DNA of 64,000 bases from a virus, in IMG/VR virus record IMGVR_UViG_3300050821_010639, positions 1-64,000 of that record. The stretch is one strand, 5' to 3'. Each line of letters begins with the position of its first letter. Within the stretch, counting starts at the first letter, position 1. Below, one piece after another: positions 14,957-25,055 of this stretch. The position numbers and the translations under genes are program-made. The notes below the pieces were generated by a model that was not told the origin of the DNA, did not search any database, and saw only the letters and a list, made by a program, of their open reading frames with translations.

Positions 14957-15143
14957 GCACGGATAATCGGGCGGCCCCGTGGTGCGGGCAGTCAGGCTCC
15001 GTCGTCAGGCGCACCCAGTCCTTGCCCATGCCGACCCCGTAAAGCCGCCCCAGGCTCTTGAACTCGTACTCGCACGGGCAACGGTCATCGCCCTGGTAGA
15101 AGATGACCGACTGCCGCAGCACCTCGTCCTCACGAGCCTTCAT
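14949..15143 (-). CDS. Small hypothetical protein
   Basis: 64-aa ORF overlapping the next start. Confidence 0.5.
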   Translation of the reverse strand: MKAREDEVLRQSVIFYQGDDRCPCEYEFKSLGRLYGVGMGKDWVRLTTEPDCPHHGAARLSVRG

Positions 15144-15244
15144 CAGGCGGCTTGTCGCTTCCCGAGCACGCAGTACCCTCGCCGTGCCGGTAGAGATTCC
15201 CGGTCAACGGCCGGACCGCCACGCCGCAGCGGCACACCGGGCAC

Positions 15245-16033
15245 TCAGCTAGCCGGGTCGTCCACAAGACGGTAGCTCACGTGCTCGCGGTGCTCGCGGA
15301 ACGAGGCCGCCTGCTGCAGCGGGAAGATGCCCGGAGTGGAGTAGACGCCGGCGTACTCGCCGATGGTCTGGCTGCGCGCGGCATCCGGAACAAGGTTCCG
15401 CCACGGGCCGATCGCGGACAACCGCTGCAGGTTCCAGTCGTAGCCGGACTCACCTGCCCCGCCGCTGTCGCAGTCCCAGTCCCACACCGGGCGGATCGTG
15501 GTCCTCCAGGTGCGCCGCCAGGTGCACCACACCCAGGGGTTGAAGTACGGCAGCAGCCGCACTGCGGCCTGGTCGGCGCCCTCGTCCTCGCGTGGCGCGG
15601 ACAGGCCGTCCCAGCCGGCCCCGCCCTGGTTGTGCGCGCAGATGCACAACGTGACGTCATCGAAGTGGCCCTGAGCCCAGTCCATGTAGGCCAGCACGTC
15701 ACTGGAGACGATGACGTCTTCCTCGCCGCAGAGCACGAACTCCGGGGCGAAGCCGTCGAACAGCCGGTCAATAGCCTCGCCGAGCGCGCGGTGCATGCCG
15801 GGGCCCGCCTGCGCTCCCGGGCTGTCGGGGAGGACCACGATCTTGCGGGACAGGGCGTCCTCGGCTTCCCTGATGACGTCCATCTGGTCATCGAGCCGGT
15901 GCGAGGGCCCAAGCGCGACGGCGACCATGCGCAGCTCATCGACCCGTGCCGCGGCTGCCCACGAGAGGAAAGTGCGCCGCAGGTAGTCCGGGCGCTTCCA
16001 CGCGGTGATGACCAGCGCGGTGTCGTTCAGCAT
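15245..16033 (-). CDS. GT-A fold glycosyltransferase
   Basis: VITAWKRPDYL, EEDVIVSSD, FNPWVWCTW, ARSQTIG. Confidence 0.8.
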   Translation of the reverse strand: MLNDTALVITAWKRPDYLRRTFLSWAAAARVDELRMVAVALGPSHRLDDQMDVIREAEDALSRKIVVLPDSPGAQAGPGMHRALGEAIDRLFDGFAPEFVLCGEEDVIVSSDVLAYMDWAQGHFDDVTLCICAHNQGGAGWDGLSAPREDEGADQAAVRLLPYFNPWVWCTWRRTWRTTIRPVWDWDCDSGGAGESGYDWNLQRLSAIGPWRNLVPDAARSQTIGEYAGVYSTPGIFPLQQAASFREHREHVSYRLVDDPAS

Positions 16034-16881
16034 GCGCCCTCCCTCGGGCGGAACCAGATGTCAGGAGCAGGGCCGACCGGGCGCTGCCGGCCGGCGTCCC
16101 AGCTGCGCGCGATCCACTCCGGCCAGGTCGAGTCGACTTCCACGGCGGTGAACTGGGTCTCGCCCGCCCGGCCGCTGCCCGGCCACCACAGGCCGTCGCG
16201 GTAGTACCGGCCGGCCGCCAGCCCGGCCTCGGTCTCGGGGATGGCCTCAGCGTGGCTGAAGGCGTGCACCTTCTCGCGTGCGGCCAGCTCACCGCCCAGC
16301 CAGGTCAGGTGCCAGCCGGCCGGCCGCACGTCCTCGTAGACGGGCCAGCCGGTCTCGCGCAGCTGGGTGAAGCTGCCGACCTGGCCGTAGCGCATCACCG
16401 ACGGGGCGTGCCAGGGCCAGGGCACCTCCCAGTCAACGGCGAACATGAAGAACCGCAGTTGCAGCTTGCACGGGGTGACCGACCTGCGGTTAATCCCGAG
16501 CGACAGGATTGCCTCACGCGAAGGAATCTCGTCCGCGTCACCGTGCAGGATGAGGTCGCCGCGCCGTGCGCCCGCGCGGTCAAGCCCCCCGAACACCGCC
16601 TGGCGGGAACTGTGCTCGCGCGCCCAGGTGTCGCCGGCCTCCTTGCCGACGTGGCTGGTCGACGGGTGGTGGCGGACGTAGGTGATGCGCCGGGCCCAGG
16701 GCGCAAACCGCTCACGCTGCTCCTCGAACGTGAACGGCTTGGGCTGGCCCTGGAAAGTCAGGTCGCCCTCCACGACCACGTGGTGGACCCCGATGCACTC
16801 AAGCTCGCGCAGGCGGCACTCCAGCAGGTCGGGCTCAGTGCCGATGCCGCTGTAGAGGAGCGTGTCGTAGATCCTGGTCAC
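16027..16881 (-). CDS. Glycosyltransferase family 17-like (MGAT3-like)
   Basis: VVVEGDLTFQGQPKP, REHSSR, ILHGDADEIP, AGWHLTW, FSHAE; GTG start at 16881. Confidence 0.8.
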   Translation of the reverse strand: MTRIYDTLLYSGIGTEPDLLECRLRELECIGVHHVVVEGDLTFQGQPKPFTFEEQRERFAPWARRITYVRHHPSTSHVGKEAGDTWAREHSSRQAVFGGLDRAGARRGDLILHGDADEIPSREAILSLGINRRSVTPCKLQLRFFMFAVDWEVPWPWHAPSVMRYGQVGSFTQLRETGWPVYEDVRPAGWHLTWLGGELAAREKVHAFSHAEAIPETEAGLAAGRYYRDGLWWPGSGRAGETQFTAVEVDSTWPEWIARSWDAGRQRPVGPAPDIWFRPREGAC

Positions 16882-17444
16882 AGGACCACCCACCAGAGCT
16901 TGTCGAACTGGGTGTTGACCTGAACGACGTCCTGGTCGGCAGGGAACACCTGCCGGACCCCGGCCGCTACCGTCGGCCAGTTCCAGTCGTCGCCGGCGAA
17001 GACCGCCCCGGGCACGGCGTACGGCAGCAGCGCGGTGATGTTGTCGGCCACTTCCTGCGTCGTGTGCGCGGCGTCCAGGTGCAGGAACCGGATCGGGTCT
17101 TCCCACTGGGCGGCGAACTCGCGCCAGCCCATCTTCCAGACGCAGACGTTGCCCTCGGTAGCCTCGGCGATGTTGGCCATGAAAATGCCGTAGTTATCAC
17201 GCTTGACCAGCTCCGGGTCAATGCCGATGCCGGCCGCAGCCGACTCCGGGCCGTCGCCCAGCCAGTGGTCCACGACATGCAGGAGCTTCGGGCAGATCGC
17301 GTTAGCGACGGGGATAGCACTGCGGCCCTGCCAGGTGCCGACCTCGATGGCCTCGCCGGCCAGGTAGTCCGTGGACTGGGCCAGGGCCGCCAGCACGTCC
17401 AGCTGGCCCTGGCTCATCCACTCCTCGTCAAAGCAAAGGACCAC
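16878..17444 (-). CDS. Class I SAM-dependent methyltransferase (Methyltransf_24-like)
   Basis: IEVGTWQGRS, VDHW, FLHLDAAH, GDDW. Confidence 0.8.
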   Translation of the reverse strand: MVLCFDEEWMSQGQLDVLAALAQSTDYLAGEAIEVGTWQGRSAIPVANAICPKLLHVVDHWLGDGPESAAAGIGIDPELVKRDNYGIFMANIAEATEGNVCVWKMGWREFAAQWEDPIRFLHLDAAHTTQEVADNITALLPYAVPGAVFAGDDWNWPTVAAGVRQVFPADQDVVQVNTQFDKLWWVVL

Positions 17445-17680
17445 TAGCCCTCCGCGTCGGCGATGGCCTGGCGGACCGCCGCGTCCTTGGCGTCAACCAG
17501 GTGCCGCAGGGCCACGGTGAACTCAGGGCCGTCGCCGACCAGCTCAAGCAGCCGGTCCCGGGTGTCGCACATCACAGCGGCAACAGTAGCGGGAGCACCC
17601 TCCGGAAGGCGGGGGTTCGGCGTAAGCCACCGGGCTACCTGCTGGGTGGACGGGTGGCGGGCGGACAGGTTTGCGCTCAT
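17444..17680 (-). CDS. Small helical-hairpin protein, possibly Acb2/Tad1-like
   Basis: GPEFTVALRHLVDAKDAAVR motif. Confidence 0.45.
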   Translation of the reverse strand: MSANLSARHPSTQQVARWLTPNPRLPEGAPATVAAVMCDTRDRLLELVGDGPEFTVALRHLVDAKDAAVRQAIADAEG

Positions 17681-18831
17681 ACGGACCCCAGCGTCTCTCT
17701 CATGAACTCGACGGAGGCCCTCTCGCCCCCGCCCGGTGCGATCGGCGCGGCCTGCTCGCGCGGGGCCAGCTTCCGGGCGACCATCGCCAGGGCCAGGGTC
17801 AGCGCGGTATCGCGGTCATCGAGCCGGACCCTGGCGTGCAGGTCCCACAGCACGGCCATGGCGGCGTGCGCGCGAGCCCCCCCTAGCCGGGCGGCCAGGG
17901 CCTGCCGGGCGGCCAGGGCCTCGCCCTGGGCGGCAATGCAGCCTCCGCACGACAGCACCAGCAGGTCGCGCAGGGCGAGGACAAGCTGGCGGGCCACGTG
18001 GCCCGCGTCCCCGTACGACACCAGGGCGCGGGCCAGCGCCTCGTACATGGCGGGGTAGTCGCCGTCAGCCGCCGCGGTCAGCAGGGCCGGCGCGAAGTCA
18101 GTCTCCCCGGTCAGCTCGCGCCACAGCTCCAGGCTGGAGATGCCGACCGAGCTGACCTGGTCGAGCCGCATCACAGCATCGCGCATGCCGCCCCCGGCGG
18201 CCTCGGCGACAGCGGTCAGCAGCGCGGGCTCAGCCGCGAGCCCCTCGGCCTGGCAGATGCTCACCAGGCGGTCGCGGATGACGCCAACGGGCAGCGGGTC
18301 GAACCGGAACGGGCTGCAACGGGAGCGCACCGTGCGGGGGATGGAGGCGAACTGGGTGGTAATCAAGATGAACACCACGCCAGGCGGCGGCTCCTCCAGG
18401 ATTTTCAGGATGGACTCGAATGCCGCAGCGGACAGCCCGTGCGCCTCATCGATGATGTAGACCTTGCGCCCGCCGCCGACGGCGCCGTAATAGGCGCGGG
18501 TGCGGATGGCCCGCACCTGGTCGACGGTGCCATTGCTCGCGGCGTCCAGCTCCTCCACGTCCGGGCTGGTGTCGTTGTCGACCGCGAGGCAGCTCACGCA
18601 CGTCCCGCACGGCCAGCTGGCCGCCGGGCCGGGCCGGGCCTCGCAGTTGAGCGCCTTGGCCACGATCCGGGCCATGGTGGTCTTGCCGCAGCCGCGCTCG
18701 CCGTAGAAGAGCATCCCGCCGGGCACCGTGCCCCGCTTGCACATCAGGTACAGCAGGGCCACGGCTGGCTTCTGCCCGGCGACATCGCCGAACACGCGCG
18801 GCCTGTAGCGCAGTGCCAGCTGCTCGCTCAT
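17677..18831 (-). CDS. dnaX: DNA polymerase III gamma/tau (clamp loader)
   Basis: LALRYRP, GERGCGKTT, PCGTCVSC, ELDAAS, IIDEAH, LEEPP, SRC. Confidence 0.92.
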   Translation of the reverse strand: MSEQLALRYRPRVFGDVAGQKPAVALLYLMCKRGTVPGGMLFYGERGCGKTTMARIVAKALNCEARPGPAASWPCGTCVSCLAVDNDTSPDVEELDAASNGTVDQVRAIRTRAYYGAVGGGRKVYIIDEAHGLSAAAFESILKILEEPPPGVVFILITTQFASIPRTVRSRCSPFRFDPLPVGVIRDRLVSICQAEGLAAEPALLTAVAEAAGGGMRDAVMRLDQVSSVGISSLELWRELTGETDFAPALLTAAADGDYPAMYEALARALVSYGDAGHVARQLVLALRDLLVLSCGGCIAAQGEALAARQALAARLGGARAHAAMAVLWDLHARVRLDDRDTALTLALAMVARKLAPREQAAPIAPGGGERASVEFMRETLGSV

Positions 18832-19091
18832 GCGAACGTCCTCGTCTCGCCCGCCACGACCGCGGCCATGCACTCGCCCAGGTCCAGCCCGAGCTTGCTG
18901 CCCAGCTCGAACAGGGCGAGGCCGACATCTCCGTACTCCTTCGCCACCTCCCCGGCAGGACGGCCCTTGAGAACGGCCCCGGCCAGCTCCCCCAGCTCTT
19001 CCAGCGCCTTAAGGGCCTGCTGCTCTACAGCGGGGTACCGGTCGGTACCGTGCTTCGCGATGATCTCGCGGGCCAGCTCGTGTCCGTTCAC
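18828..19091 (-). CDS. MazG-like NTP pyrophosphatase
   Basis: KALEELGELA...KEYGDV. Confidence 0.7.
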   Translation of the reverse strand: MNGHELAREIIAKHGTDRYPAVEQQALKALEELGELAGAVLKGRPAGEVAKEYGDVGLALFELGSKLGLDLGECMAAVVAGETRTFA

Positions 19092-19327
19092 TCGGGTCTC
19101 CTCATGCTGATGGTGGTCGCGATAACCGGGGGGCCGGGCTCCGGCCCGGTCACGGGCAGGCCCGCCGCGCAGAACGCGCCCGAGCTGAGCTTGCGGTGGC
19201 CGAACTCGCCGCCGCACTCCGGGCAGGCGAGGTACGTGACGTCGCCGTCCTGCTCAGGCTCAGCGGGGCCGCCGCAGTAGATGCAGTCGGCGCCCTCTTC
19301 GACCAGCGGCTCAGGCGGGCTGCTCAA
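19088..19327 (-). CDS. Small zinc-ribbon protein
   Basis: CIYCGG...CPECGG; start codon uncertain. Confidence 0.5.
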   Translation of the reverse strand: MSSPPEPLVEEGADCIYCGGPAEPEQDGDVTYLACPECGGEFGHRKLSSGAFCAAGLPVTGPEPGPPVIATTISMRRPE

Positions 19328-22300
19328 CGGGCTCCAGGACCTCCGGGGCGGGCTCTTCGGCATAGCCGTCGCCCGCCCAGTTCTCGTCAGGCGCGGTGTC
19401 CGGGCTGGTGCCGAAGGACTGGCCGTACTGATGCGTCTTGCCGAATCCGGGACTTTCCACAGGTTCCTCCACAAGGTGTGCGGCTACCTGTAATACGCCG
19501 GAGCCCGCGAGCGCCGCAATGACCTTCCCTTCGGCCTCGTCGCCACAGCGCGGGCAGAACCTCATCCCCCAGGGCGCGTCCAGCAGAGTGGAGGGGACCG
19601 GCAGGCCGCACCCCTCGCACGGCTGGCCGCCGCCGTGGAAGAACTCCAGCCGACGGGCGGTGTAGCGCGCGGCCTCGACCGGGCTGGCCTTGCCGGCGAG
19701 CGCGGCGTAGGCCTGGTAGGGACCGAGGCGGCCCTTGAGCAGCATGCGCAGCACGGTCCGCTGCCCCTCGCGGGCCAGCCAGAGGTCGCGGACGTGCTCG
19801 CGGGCGTCGCCCTCCTCGGCGGTCGCCCCGGCGTAGAAGCTCTCCGCGCGAATCAGCACCGGCACTGCCTCTGCCTCGTCCCACCACCGCAGCCGCCGGG
19901 CCAGGGCCGCGGGGTCGTCAGCTACCTCCAGCTCCCACAGGCCGGTCGGGCGCGCGGGGAACTTCCCCGCGGCCGGGAGCACAGCGAAGTTCCCGCCCCA
20001 GCGCAGGTACGGGTACAGGTGCACCGCCATCTTGATGAGGTAGTCGCCGATGTCGAGGCCGTCGGCGACGCGGGTCAGGCCGAACTCGGCGTAGTCCACC
20101 CCGGCGCTGCGCTCGCGGTAGCCGGTGCCCGAGGACGCCAGCCTCACCGACTCCACGGCCAGGTCGGGGAACGGCGGCCGGCCGGACCTGCTCATCCGCC
20201 CGGCGATGTCAGCCCGTGCCCGGTAGGCGGCCCGGCGGATGATGTACTCCAGCGACGTGCCGGAAACGAACCGGTACTCATCCGGGCGCTCCACCTTCAT
20301 CCGGACGCGCTGCGCGACGGTGGACTGGTCGAGCGGGCGCACCGGCTCAGCGACCAGGTCGCGGTCGACGGCCTGCACGTACCTGCGGCGCAACTCCAGG
20401 TCCTTCCGGTCGCACACCCCGCAAGCGGTCCCGCTGCACTGCTGGTCGCAGCGCGGCACCCACTCATTGCCGTGATATCCCTCGGGGATATCACTGTCGT
20501 AGCCCTCGGCGGTGGTCCCCTCCAGGAACTCCACCATGTCCCGGTACACCCGCCACAGCAGGGACCGCGGCACGCCGGTGTCGATCATCTCCCAGCCGAG
20601 CAGGTCCTCGTAGAACCGCTCGCCGAAGATGTCGTCCAGCCCGTTGCGGAACCCGTGAACTTTCATCGCCTCATCGAGCTTTTCCCGCATGTCCTTCGGG
20701 AAGCCGCCCCACGACGCGGTGCCGTAAGCCTCGATGACGTCCACGACGGCCTCGCCGACGTCCCGGCTCGCCCGCTGGCACGCTTGGAAGAACGCCAGCT
20801 TCGGCGGGGAGGCCTTGCTGCCGATCTTGATCCAGATCCGGTGATCGCGAAGTTCGCCGAGCGCCTGCTGCAGCATGTAGTCCGGCGGGGTGACCTCGAA
20901 CCACTGCAGCGGAGTCTGCGCCTCGATGAGCAGCGGGGTCCAGGAGAAGATGATCTGCACCCCGGCCGCGGCCTCGCCGAACCCGTTGCGGATGTCGGCC
21001 AGCCGGCGGCCCAGCTCCACGACCCTCATCACGTCGGCTTGCTCCTCACCGGGCCAGTTGGTGATGAAGTAGAGCTTGATCTTCCTGATGCCCGCGCGGA
21101 TCGCCCGGGTGACCGCCTCGGCCACGTCGTCGTCACTGGTGCCCTTGCCGGCCAGGTCGCGCATCCGCTGGCTGTTGCCCTCCAGGCCGAGAGTGAGCGA
21201 CGTCGTGCCGGAGACTTGCAGCAGCAGGGCGAAGCCGGGGTCGGCGAGGTAGTCATCGATCCGCATCGAAGAGGCGTCCACCCGGCCGGCGACGTTCTCC
21301 AGCAACCCGGCGATCAATGCCTTCTTTCGCGTGTGCATGGGCGGGTCCGGGGCGACCAGGCTGATGTCGGTCGAGCCCATATTGTCCCGCCACGCCTTGG
21401 CCCGCTCCACTGAGCGGCCTGTGCCCTCCTGCCGGTAAGGCTTGGTCACCCACGAGAGCCTGCAGAAGCTGCACCAGGCCGGGCAGCCGCGCGCTACCTC
21501 AACGTCCCCCGAGCCCATGCCGGGATCGGAGAACAGCACCGGCGCGCTGGTCATCAGGCTGGCCTTGTTCAGGTCAGCGACGCGCCGGGCCTTGAAGATC
21601 GGGCCGATGCCCTCAGCCAGACTCCGGTAACCGGACACCATCTTGGTCAGCTCGGGCAACCCGCGGTCCTCGTACTTGTAAGCGACCTCAGTGAAACGCG
21701 GGAAGTACAGGAAGGGAAACTCCCTGGCCAGCATCTGGTAACACCACAGCCGGTCATTCTGCCAGGACCGCGGGCCATTGCTCTTGAACTGCGCGATGCG
21801 CTCACAGACTGCGGAGATGCCGGGGTTGCCCTCCTCGTCCTCGGCCTCTCCCAGCCACACGGCATCGACCACCGGGGCCATGAACTCGGGCGCGCAGTAC
21901 GCCTGGCCGCCAACCAGCACCATCGGGTAGTCCTCGGCGCGCAGCGTCCGGTCGGCCCAGCGCAGCGGGATACCGCTCATGGAGAGGGTCTTGCAGAAGT
22001 TCATGAAAAGAACTGTGTACGAGATAGACGTGCCCACCACGTCGAAGTCGCTCAGCTGGTGCCTGCTCTCGATGCCGAACGCCGGCACCTGGCCGCGCTC
22101 CAGCAGGTCCATGTCACGCGGGGTGGCGGGCAGGTAAAAACGGTCAGCGAGCGTGTAAACCCCGGCCTTGTGCAGCGCGTCGTACACAGCGGGGATCGCC
22201 ATGTTGCCGGCCGCCTGACTGTAGGGCCAGCTCGCGACGAGCAGCCAGCGCACCTGGGCGGCACCCCACGGGCGGCGGGCGGCGTTGGGCTCGGTGCCCA

Positions 22301-22379
22301 AGAACTGCTGCGGTCCGTCAAAGCGGAACAGGTTTCCGTCTAGCCACCGGGCAATCGACTCAGGACTGCGGCCTGTCAT
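19311..22379 (-). CDS. B12-binding-type radical SAM protein (TIGR03960-like) with C-terminal extension
   Basis: EVARGCPAWCSFC (CxxxCxxC), LSDFDVVG, EGNSQRMR, KLYFI, TPLQW. Confidence 0.85.
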   Translation of the reverse strand: MTGRSPESIARWLDGNLFRFDGPQQFLGTEPNAARRPWGAAQVRWLLVASWPYSQAAGNMAIPAVYDALHKAGVYTLADRFYLPATPRDMDLLERGQVPAFGIESRHQLSDFDVVGTSISYTVLFMNFCKTLSMSGIPLRWADRTLRAEDYPMVLVGGQAYCAPEFMAPVVDAVWLGEAEDEEGNPGISAVCERIAQFKSNGPRSWQNDRLWCYQMLAREFPFLYFPRFTEVAYKYEDRGLPELTKMVSGYRSLAEGIGPIFKARRVADLNKASLMTSAPVLFSDPGMGSGDVEVARGCPAWCSFCRLSWVTKPYRQEGTGRSVERAKAWRDNMGSTDISLVAPDPPMHTRKKALIAGLLENVAGRVDASSMRIDDYLADPGFALLLQVSGTTSLTLGLEGNSQRMRDLAGKGTSDDDVAEAVTRAIRAGIRKIKLYFITNWPGEEQADVMRVVELGRRLADIRNGFGEAAAGVQIIFSWTPLLIEAQTPLQWFEVTPPDYMLQQALGELRDHRIWIKIGSKASPPKLAFFQACQRASRDVGEAVVDVIEAYGTASWGGFPKDMREKLDEAMKVHGFRNGLDDIFGERFYEDLLGWEMIDTGVPRSLLWRVYRDMVEFLEGTTAEGYDSDIPEGYHGNEWVPRCDQQCSGTACGVCDRKDLELRRRYVQAVDRDLVAEPVRPLDQSTVAQRVRMKVERPDEYRFVSGTSLEYIIRRAAYRARADIAGRMSRSGRPPFPDLAVESVRLASSGTGYRERSAGVDYAEFGLTRVADGLDIGDYLIKMAVHLYPYLRWGGNFAVLPAAGKFPARPTGLWELEVADDPAALARRLRWWDEAEAVPVLIRAESFYAGATAEEGDAREHVRDLWLAREGQRTVLRMLLKGRLGPYQAYAALAGKASPVEAARYTARRLEFFHGGGQPCEGCGLPVPSTLLDAPWGMRFCPRCGDEAEGKVIAALAGSGVLQVAAHLVEEPVESPGFGKTHQYGQSFGTSPDTAPDENWAGDGYAEEPAPEVLEPVEQPA

Positions 22380-22526
22380 CGGGCCTCCTCCGGAGGTGTA
22401 CCACCGGGCGCGTGCCCTCTTCGGCCTCACGCCGGACACGGCGGGCCAGCTCCTCGGGAACCGGGACCCTCGCCACCCTGCGGTACCGGGTAGCTGCCCG
22501 GTGCTCGCGGAACCTCCACCAGCGCC

Positions 22527-23198
22527 TCATTCGCTCTCCCCCTCAAACACCCTCGTCACCCCGTCCGGCCCGAGCGCGAAGCGGACCCGGGCGTCCGCGT
22601 ACGCGCTGTACGCCCGGTCGTGGGTAATCATAACGACCTGGACGCCAAGCTCATCGGCCACCTGGCGGACGAACTCGCCCAGCCGGTCGGTGTAGCTCTC
22701 GCTGACGAACCGGAAGGTCTCGTCCAGGAACAGGGCCTTCCGGGCGCCGGGCGTGAGCCGCACCATGACCAGCCGCAGGACGAAGGCGACCACCTGCACC
22801 ATGCCGCCGCCGCGGGCGTCAAGCACAGGAGTCTCCAGGACCTCGCCACCGTGCCCCGACCGGATGACCGGCTCCAGGGTCACCTGGCCGCCCACCTCAC
22901 CGGGCACCAGGCGGAAGGACAGCTCCTCCTCGAAGATGTCCCGCAGCGCCCGGGTGGTCAGGTCCTCGAACATCGCGCGGGCGCTCTCCTGCGCCTCCTC
23001 ACCGATCCTCGTGAGCAAGGCGGCGACCTGGGCGTACAGCGCGGACTGCTCCTCCGCGCGCGTGATGTCCGCCTCCGCCCGCTTGCCGGCCTTGACCACC
23101 TGCTGGGCACGCCCCGCCTGGCGGTCCAGGTCACGCCGTGTGGCCCGGACCGCCGTCGCGAGGGCTGCGAGATCGGTCAAGGGCGGACCCACTGCCAC
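22527..23198 (-). CDS. Rad50/SbcC-like ATPase C-terminal half
   Basis: Signature-like GGGMVQVVAF, Walker B LFLDE, H-loop ITHD. Confidence 0.8.
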   Translation of the reverse strand: MAVGPPLTDLAALATAVRATRRDLDRQAGRAQQVVKAGKRAEADITRAEEQSALYAQVAALLTRIGEEAQESARAMFEDLTTRALRDIFEEELSFRLVPGEVGGQVTLEPVIRSGHGGEVLETPVLDARGGGMVQVVAFVLRLVMVRLTPGARKALFLDETFRFVSESYTDRLGEFVRQVADELGVQVVMITHDRAYSAYADARVRFALGPDGVTRVFEGESE

Positions 23199-23332
23199 CG
23201 GGACATGTCCGTCCCCGGGTACTCGAACAGCCAGTCGGCAAAGTCAGACGGCGTGTCGAACGTGATCTTCCGCCCGCCGTCGGTGATGGCCGCCTTGTCG
23301 CCGGTGACGAAGTTCTCGGTCGTCCTGGCCAT
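23177..23332 (-). CDS. Small hypothetical protein (51 aa)
   Basis: MARTTENFVTGDK..., coupled to the upstream stop. Confidence 0.45.
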   Translation of the reverse strand: MARTTENFVTGDKAAITDGGRKITFDTPSDFADWLFEYPGTDMSRWQWVRP

Positions 23333-23868
23333 CAGGCCCGCCGCCCCCCGTGCCGGTAGTCGCGAGTGCGGTTATACGCCATTTTTCTCTCGTACTCGGC
23401 CATGAGGTCGATGCCGTAGAGCTTGCAGAGCTGCCGCAAGAACGACAGAATCCCGGCGAACGCTGAGCTAGGACTCTCGTAGGATGCCTCCTGCGCCATT
23501 GTCACGCGGGCGATGAGGCCGTGCAGGGTGTTGATGTTCACCAGGAACTCGTCGTCAAGGACGAAGATCTCCTCGTCTGGCTCCAGGCACTCTTCCAGGT
23601 CCCACCCGAACAGATCCGCATCATCCAGCAAGCGGATCAGGACGTCCGCGAACTCGCTGCCGACGCCCTGCGGCTTAGGATTCAGCCCGACGCCGAGACG
23701 CTCGGTTACGTCTTCCAGGCCCCAGTCACGCCACGCGTGCCCGGCCTCGGCGGCCTCCTCGTGCAGCAGCGCCATCGCCTGCCCGAGCGGGCACGGGCTC
23801 TCCCGCCACCCCTTCTCCTCGCAGTAAGCCGTCACCTCGGCCTGCATTTCCTTCAGTGTCTTGGGCAT
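23332..23868 (-). CDS. MazG-like/all-alpha NTP pyrophosphatase
   Basis: ALLHEEAAEA, SEFADVLIRLLD, KMAYNRTRDYRHG. Confidence 0.75.
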   Translation of the reverse strand: MPKTLKEMQAEVTAYCEEKGWRESPCPLGQAMALLHEEAAEAGHAWRDWGLEDVTERLGVGLNPKPQGVGSEFADVLIRLLDDADLFGWDLEECLEPDEEIFVLDDEFLVNINTLHGLIARVTMAQEASYESPSSAFAGILSFLRQLCKLYGIDLMAEYERKMAYNRTRDYRHGGRRA

Positions 23869-23882
23869 CTCGTGCCTCTCTG

Positions 23883-25055
23883 CTAGTAGCCGACCGAGTT
23901 GGGCGGCATCTGCGGGCAGGTACCGGTGACCTGCTTGTCCTTGTCGTGCAGCAGCAGCGGCGCCCGGACTTTCCCGCGGTCCTTGCCCACCTTGAACTCG
24001 CACGTCGGCGAGGGGTGGGCGGCCAGCATGGCGGACAGGAACACCGCGTTCACCACCAGGAGGTGCTGGCCATGACCCCAGGAGGCCGGGATGACCTCCT
24101 CGGCGCTGTTGCCGTCCTTGTCGCGGCCGGTAACCGTCAGCCGGGCGCGCTTCCCGTTGTCACTGTCAGCGATGAGCGCGACCGCTGACGTGCTCGCCTC
24201 GGTGTTGATCTTCACCCGGCGCAGCGCGGCGGTCAGCTCGCCCTTGTCGACGCCCAGAGTCATGTCGTTGCCCTTGGCCGGATCGAGGAACAGCTTCTCG
24301 ACGTCGGGGAAGGGCGCGGCCATCCGCAGCGCGGCCAGGGTGACCGGGCCGACGCGGAACACCGAGTAAGGGCCGGCCTCGGCCACCTCGGCGTCCTCCA
24401 CCGGGTTCTTGGCGAGCAGCTTGAGCAAGTCGTCCAGCGCGGCCCCGGGGATGAGCATGTCACGCGGGAAGCCGGGCACCGGCGCGCAGGCGAACTGGGC
24501 GGCGTCGGCCGCCCAGGCGAGCATCCGCCCGGTAGCGTCGCCGCTGATGCGGACCTGGGTGAAAGCCGGGCGGCCTGCTTCCCTGCCCACCGCGTGCCGC
24601 ACCGTGTCCAGCGCGGCCCGCAGCGCCTCGCGGCCGACCGGAGCGAACCCGGCAGCCGACAGGTCGGGCATTCCCGTGTACCCGTCGGGGTTCGGCAGGC
24701 GCAGCTGCCAGGTCGCCGAGCCGGCGGTCACCAGGGCGGCCCCGCCCTTGACCGTCACCGTAACATCCCCCTCGGGAGCTTCGGCGAGGATCGACTTCAG
24801 CTTCTTGGCGGGCAGGTAGGCCTGGCCGCCGGACTGAGTGAGCACGGCGGGGATCTCGGCGGAAACCGCGGTCTGCTGGTCGGTGGCCGCCACCCGCAGG
24901 CTCTCCGGGCTCACCGTGACCTGGAAGCAGCCGTTGACCGGCAAGGTGGCGCTTGACGGCACGGCGGGCAGCGCCCAGTCAACCAGCTGGGCGAGCACCG
25001 CCCGGCGGACCGTGAACTCCAGGGAGCCGTAGTCGGCCCCGGCCTCGTTGCTCAT
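23883..25055 (-). CDS. dnaN: DNA polymerase III beta sliding clamp
   Basis: 390 aa; LRVAATD, FPDVEKL, NAVFL, C-terminal QMPP. Confidence 0.8.
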   Translation of the reverse strand: MSNEAGADYGSLEFTVRRAVLAQLVDWALPAVPSSATLPVNGCFQVTVSPESLRVAATDQQTAVSAEIPAVLTQSGGQAYLPAKKLKSILAEAPEGDVTVTVKGGAALVTAGSATWQLRLPNPDGYTGMPDLSAAGFAPVGREALRAALDTVRHAVGREAGRPAFTQVRISGDATGRMLAWAADAAQFACAPVPGFPRDMLIPGAALDDLLKLLAKNPVEDAEVAEAGPYSVFRVGPVTLAALRMAAPFPDVEKLFLDPAKGNDMTLGVDKGELTAALRRVKINTEASTSAVALIADSDNGKRARLTVTGRDKDGNSAEEVIPASWGHGQHLLVVNAVFLSAMLAAHPSPTCEFKVGKDRGKVRAPLLLHDKDKQVTGTCPQMPPNSVGY

